In this document: positions 17,833 to 20,000 of the stretch, in pieces
How positions within the stretch are numbered: position 1 is the stretch's first letter
Layout of the letters: the number at the start of each line of letters is the position of its first letter
Assembly (NCBI GenBank): GCA_052055015.1
Contig: JBQJIT010000012.1
Source of the DNA: Malassezia furfur
Lineage: Eukaryota
DNA: 20,000 nt
Direction: 5' to 3' (one strand)
Notes under the pieces: model-generated
What the model was told of the DNA's origin: nothing
The model's input: the letters and a program-made list of their open reading frames with translations, nothing else
The model's database searches: none
Made by a program: the position numbers and the translations under genes

Positions 17833-20000
17833 CTACGAACTCGGCATCCGGTCGAGCATCTCGAGCAGTGCCGCATGGCGCGCCGGCCCGCCGGCCTTGT
17901 AGATGAGATAGTCGCGCAGCGGGTCGCGAATCGACGGCTGCTTCTGGACCACCTGCTCGAGCTGTGCGCGCGGCAGCTGCAGCAGCGCGCCGAACGACGT
18001 GGGCGCCGTGAGGCTCGCGCAGAGCGCAAACCCATCCCAGAGGCGCGGCTCGGTCCAGATCTCCTTTTTGGCGAGGCGCGAGAGCAGGCTCGTGCTCACG
18101 TACGACGCCAGCGAGCGGAACGACTTGATGGCGAGGATCGCCGTGCGCATAAACAGCACCGGGATGCGCTCCTCGTCCACGAGGCGGTTCAGCACGGCCA
18201 TCATCACCTCGTTCCGGAAGATGTCGGTCATGCCAAAGCACAGCTGGATCGCCACCACCGCTGCCTTGAGCCCAATCGCCTCGCCGTCGACGTGGAGCAG
18301 CACGAGCAGGTCGACGGGGGTGAGCACGGCGGTGGAAGGCGGCGCAGGCGCCACGAGCGTGCGGAAGAGCGTGCTGATCGCCGCCTTGTGCTCGTCGCTC
18401 GGGTCGCGCAGCACGCCCACGACACGTGGCAGCGCACGCAGTGCATCCTCCCGCGCAAGTTCGGGGAGCAGCGGCAAAAGCAGCTCGATCGGCAGCTCGC
18501 GCTCCTCCACCAGGTACAGCACGAGCGACGCCAGCGCACGCGTGTGGCCCTTGTCGATCAGGATGCGCACCATCGCGTGCACCAGTGGGTCGGCGCCGCG
18601 CGGCGCATGCCGCAGCACGTCGAGCAGCGCCGTGTTGTTTGGCCCCACGGCGCGCGCGACGGGCGTGATGTGCTTGTTCATCGCGGCCTGCACGGCGGGC
18701 GTGACGCCTGGGTATATCTCGACGACCTCGGTAAAGATGGACGGCTGCTTGACGCTCAGCACGAGCGCTAGCTCCATCAGGCGCAGCACGTCCTGCTCGG
18801 TCGTCTCGCTCGCCGTGTCGCCGACGTCGGTGGTGTCGACGGTGGGCGCCTCGTCGAGGCGCGGCGCAAAGGCCGCCCCCGTCTCGTCGTCGCCCTCGCC
18901 CTCGCCGGCGCCATCGTTGGGCTCGGCGGCCTCGTCGAGCTGCTGCGCACCAACCTGCTCGAGCAGCTGCAGCGAGTTCTTCGCAAACTCGAGCACGCGC
19001 TCGGTCAGCGCGCCGCGCTGCAGCACCCACGTGCGCGCCGTGACGATCGCCTTGCCGCGCACGAGGCGCTCGTGGTGCCGCGTGAGCTGCAGCACCTTGT
19101 CGCACACGGCGACGCGCAGCGGCGGGCGCGCCGCACTGATGTCCCGCAGCAGCGCAAAGCCCTCGTTGAGCGTCGCCTTGTCGAGGCACAGCGCATAGAG
19201 GCGGTCGAGCACCGCGTCAGGCAGCTCGGGCAGCTCCTCGAGGAAGGTGTGCAGCGCCGCCTCGTCGACATGCGCACGCACCTGCGCCTCGTCGACATGC
19301 GCACGCACCTGCGCCTCGAGCACACGGTCGAGCCACGTGTCGTAGTAGCGCGCCGTGTCGTCCGCCTTGTGCCGCGCACGGTCGCACGTCCACTCCTCCG
19401 CAAGCCACTGCTGCGCGATCGGCCGGCGCGCCGCAAAGTCGCGTGACACAAACTCGAGCAGCAGCGTGCGCACGCGGTGCGCCTGCTCGGCGAGCGCGGG
19501 CGGCGCCGTGAGCGGCGCTCCGTCGCGCGCCGACGTGTCGAGTCCGCGCGTCGCCAGCCGCGTGATCAGCGTGATCCACAGCGCCGCGTGGCCCTCGGAG
19601 ATGGACGCGGCGCCCTGGCGCATGAGCTGGCTACCCTGGTCGCAGATGCGCGACACCGAGTCGATGATGAGCGCATGCGCCTCGCGCTGCTCGAGCGGCA
19701 CCGGCGCGGGCAGCTCAAAGTGCTCCAGGCTCTGCAAGGGCGCACGCTCCCCCTCGTCCTCCTCCGCGTCCGCGCGCGACTCGGCCGGCGCGAGGCGCGC
19801 AAGGTCGTCGTCGCCCACGTCCATCTTGAGCGGGTCGGCCGGGGCGCGCTCCGCGTCGCTCTGGGCGTAGGCGGCGATCGCCGCCTTGAGCCGCGCCTCG
19901 GGCACGCTCTGCAGCCCGACGATGATCGCATCCACGACGCGGTCGACGGGCAGGCGCGCCACGTCCTCAGCCGTGGGGCCCGCGGGCGTCGCGCGGCGGG
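17833..20000 (-). CDS. Symplekin/Pta1-like mRNA 3'-end processing scaffold, C-terminal part; 5' end lies beyond the window
   Basis: Frame open from the window edge to TAG at 17835-17833. Symplekin_C-like motifs LTPVDLLVLLH, AIQLCF, IPVLFMRTAILA, LLSRLAKKEIW..PRLWDGF..CA, LLQLP. Confidence 0.85.
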   Translation of the reverse strand, partial: RRATPAGPTAEDVARLPVDRVVDAIIVGLQSVPEARLKAAIAAYAQSDAERAPADPLKMDVGDDDLARLAPAESRADAEEDEGERAPLQSLEHFELPAPVPLEQREAHALIIDSVSRICDQGSQLMRQGAASISEGHAALWITLITRLATRGLDTSARDGAPLTAPPALAEQAHRVRTLLLEFVSRDFAARRPIAQQWLAEEWTCDRARHKADDTARYYDTWLDRVLEAQVRAHVDEAQVRAHVDEAALHTFLEELPELPDAVLDRLYALCLDKATLNEGFALLRDISAARPPLRVAVCDKVLQLTRHHERLVRGKAIVTARTWVLQRGALTERVLEFAKNSLQLLEQVGAQQLDEAAEPNDGAGEGEGDDETGAAFAPRLDEAPTVDTTDVGDTASETTEQDVLRLMELALVLSVKQPSIFTEVVEIYPGVTPAVQAAMNKHITPVARAVGPNNTALLDVLRHAPRGADPLVHAMVRILIDKGHTRALASLVLYLVEERELPIELLLPLLPELAREDALRALPRVVGVLRDPSDEHKAAISTLFRTLVAPAPPSTAVLTPVDLLVLLHVDGEAIGLKAAVVAIQLCFGMTDIFRNEVMMAVLNRLVDEERIPVLFMRTAILAIKSFRSLASYVSTSLLSRLAKKEIWTEPRLWDGFALCASLTAPTSFGALLQLPRAQLEQVVQKQPSIRDPLRDYLIYKAGGPARHAALLEMLDRMPSS
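19258..19318. repeat. Perfect 27-bp tandem duplication within the symplekin-like CDS (AQVRAHVDE x2)
   Basis: ctcgtcgacatgcgcacgcacctgcgc occurs at 19261-19287 and 19288-19314, with partial flanking copies. Confidence 0.95.

Noticed and set aside
16369..19198. Long overlapping ORFs (480, 471, 399, 298 aa) opposite or out of frame with TRP5 and the symplekin-like gene
   Set aside because: Arg/Ala-rich off-frame translations expected at high GC.
1..20000. CRISPR arrays, transposons, prokaryotic operons or defence systems
   Set aside because: None seen; the window is intron-containing eukaryotic housekeeping DNA throughout.

Overview
Very compact, GC-rich fungal genomic DNA, probably a basidiomycete yeast (Malassezia-like by gene density and tiny GTACG..CAG introns; inference). 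It holds 11 housekeeping genes: ACC1 (5' part), cytochrome c1, ABZ2-like lyase, MUS81, RPS15, RPP2, an F-BAR/RhoGAP (RGD1-like), a STE20/PAK kinase, checkpoint-clamp RAD9, TRP5 and a symplekin-like gene (3' part). No RNA genes, mobile elements or CRISPR arrays were seen. The main interest is gene architecture. Manual splicing gives 17 introns of 22-64 nt, ten of them 22-26 nt, with a fused branch-point/acceptor and no polypyrimidine tract; only one is 3n long, and it contains a stop. Other points: an intron splits the RPS15 start codon, two convergent gene pairs have 0 and 9 nt between their stop codons and share a TAYRTA element, RAD9 and TRP5 start codons are 46 nt apart around a Gcn4-type site, ACC1 may have a non-AUG mitochondrial presequence, and STE20 has an apparent frameshift in the kinase domain. 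All gene models are manual predictions without RNA evidence.
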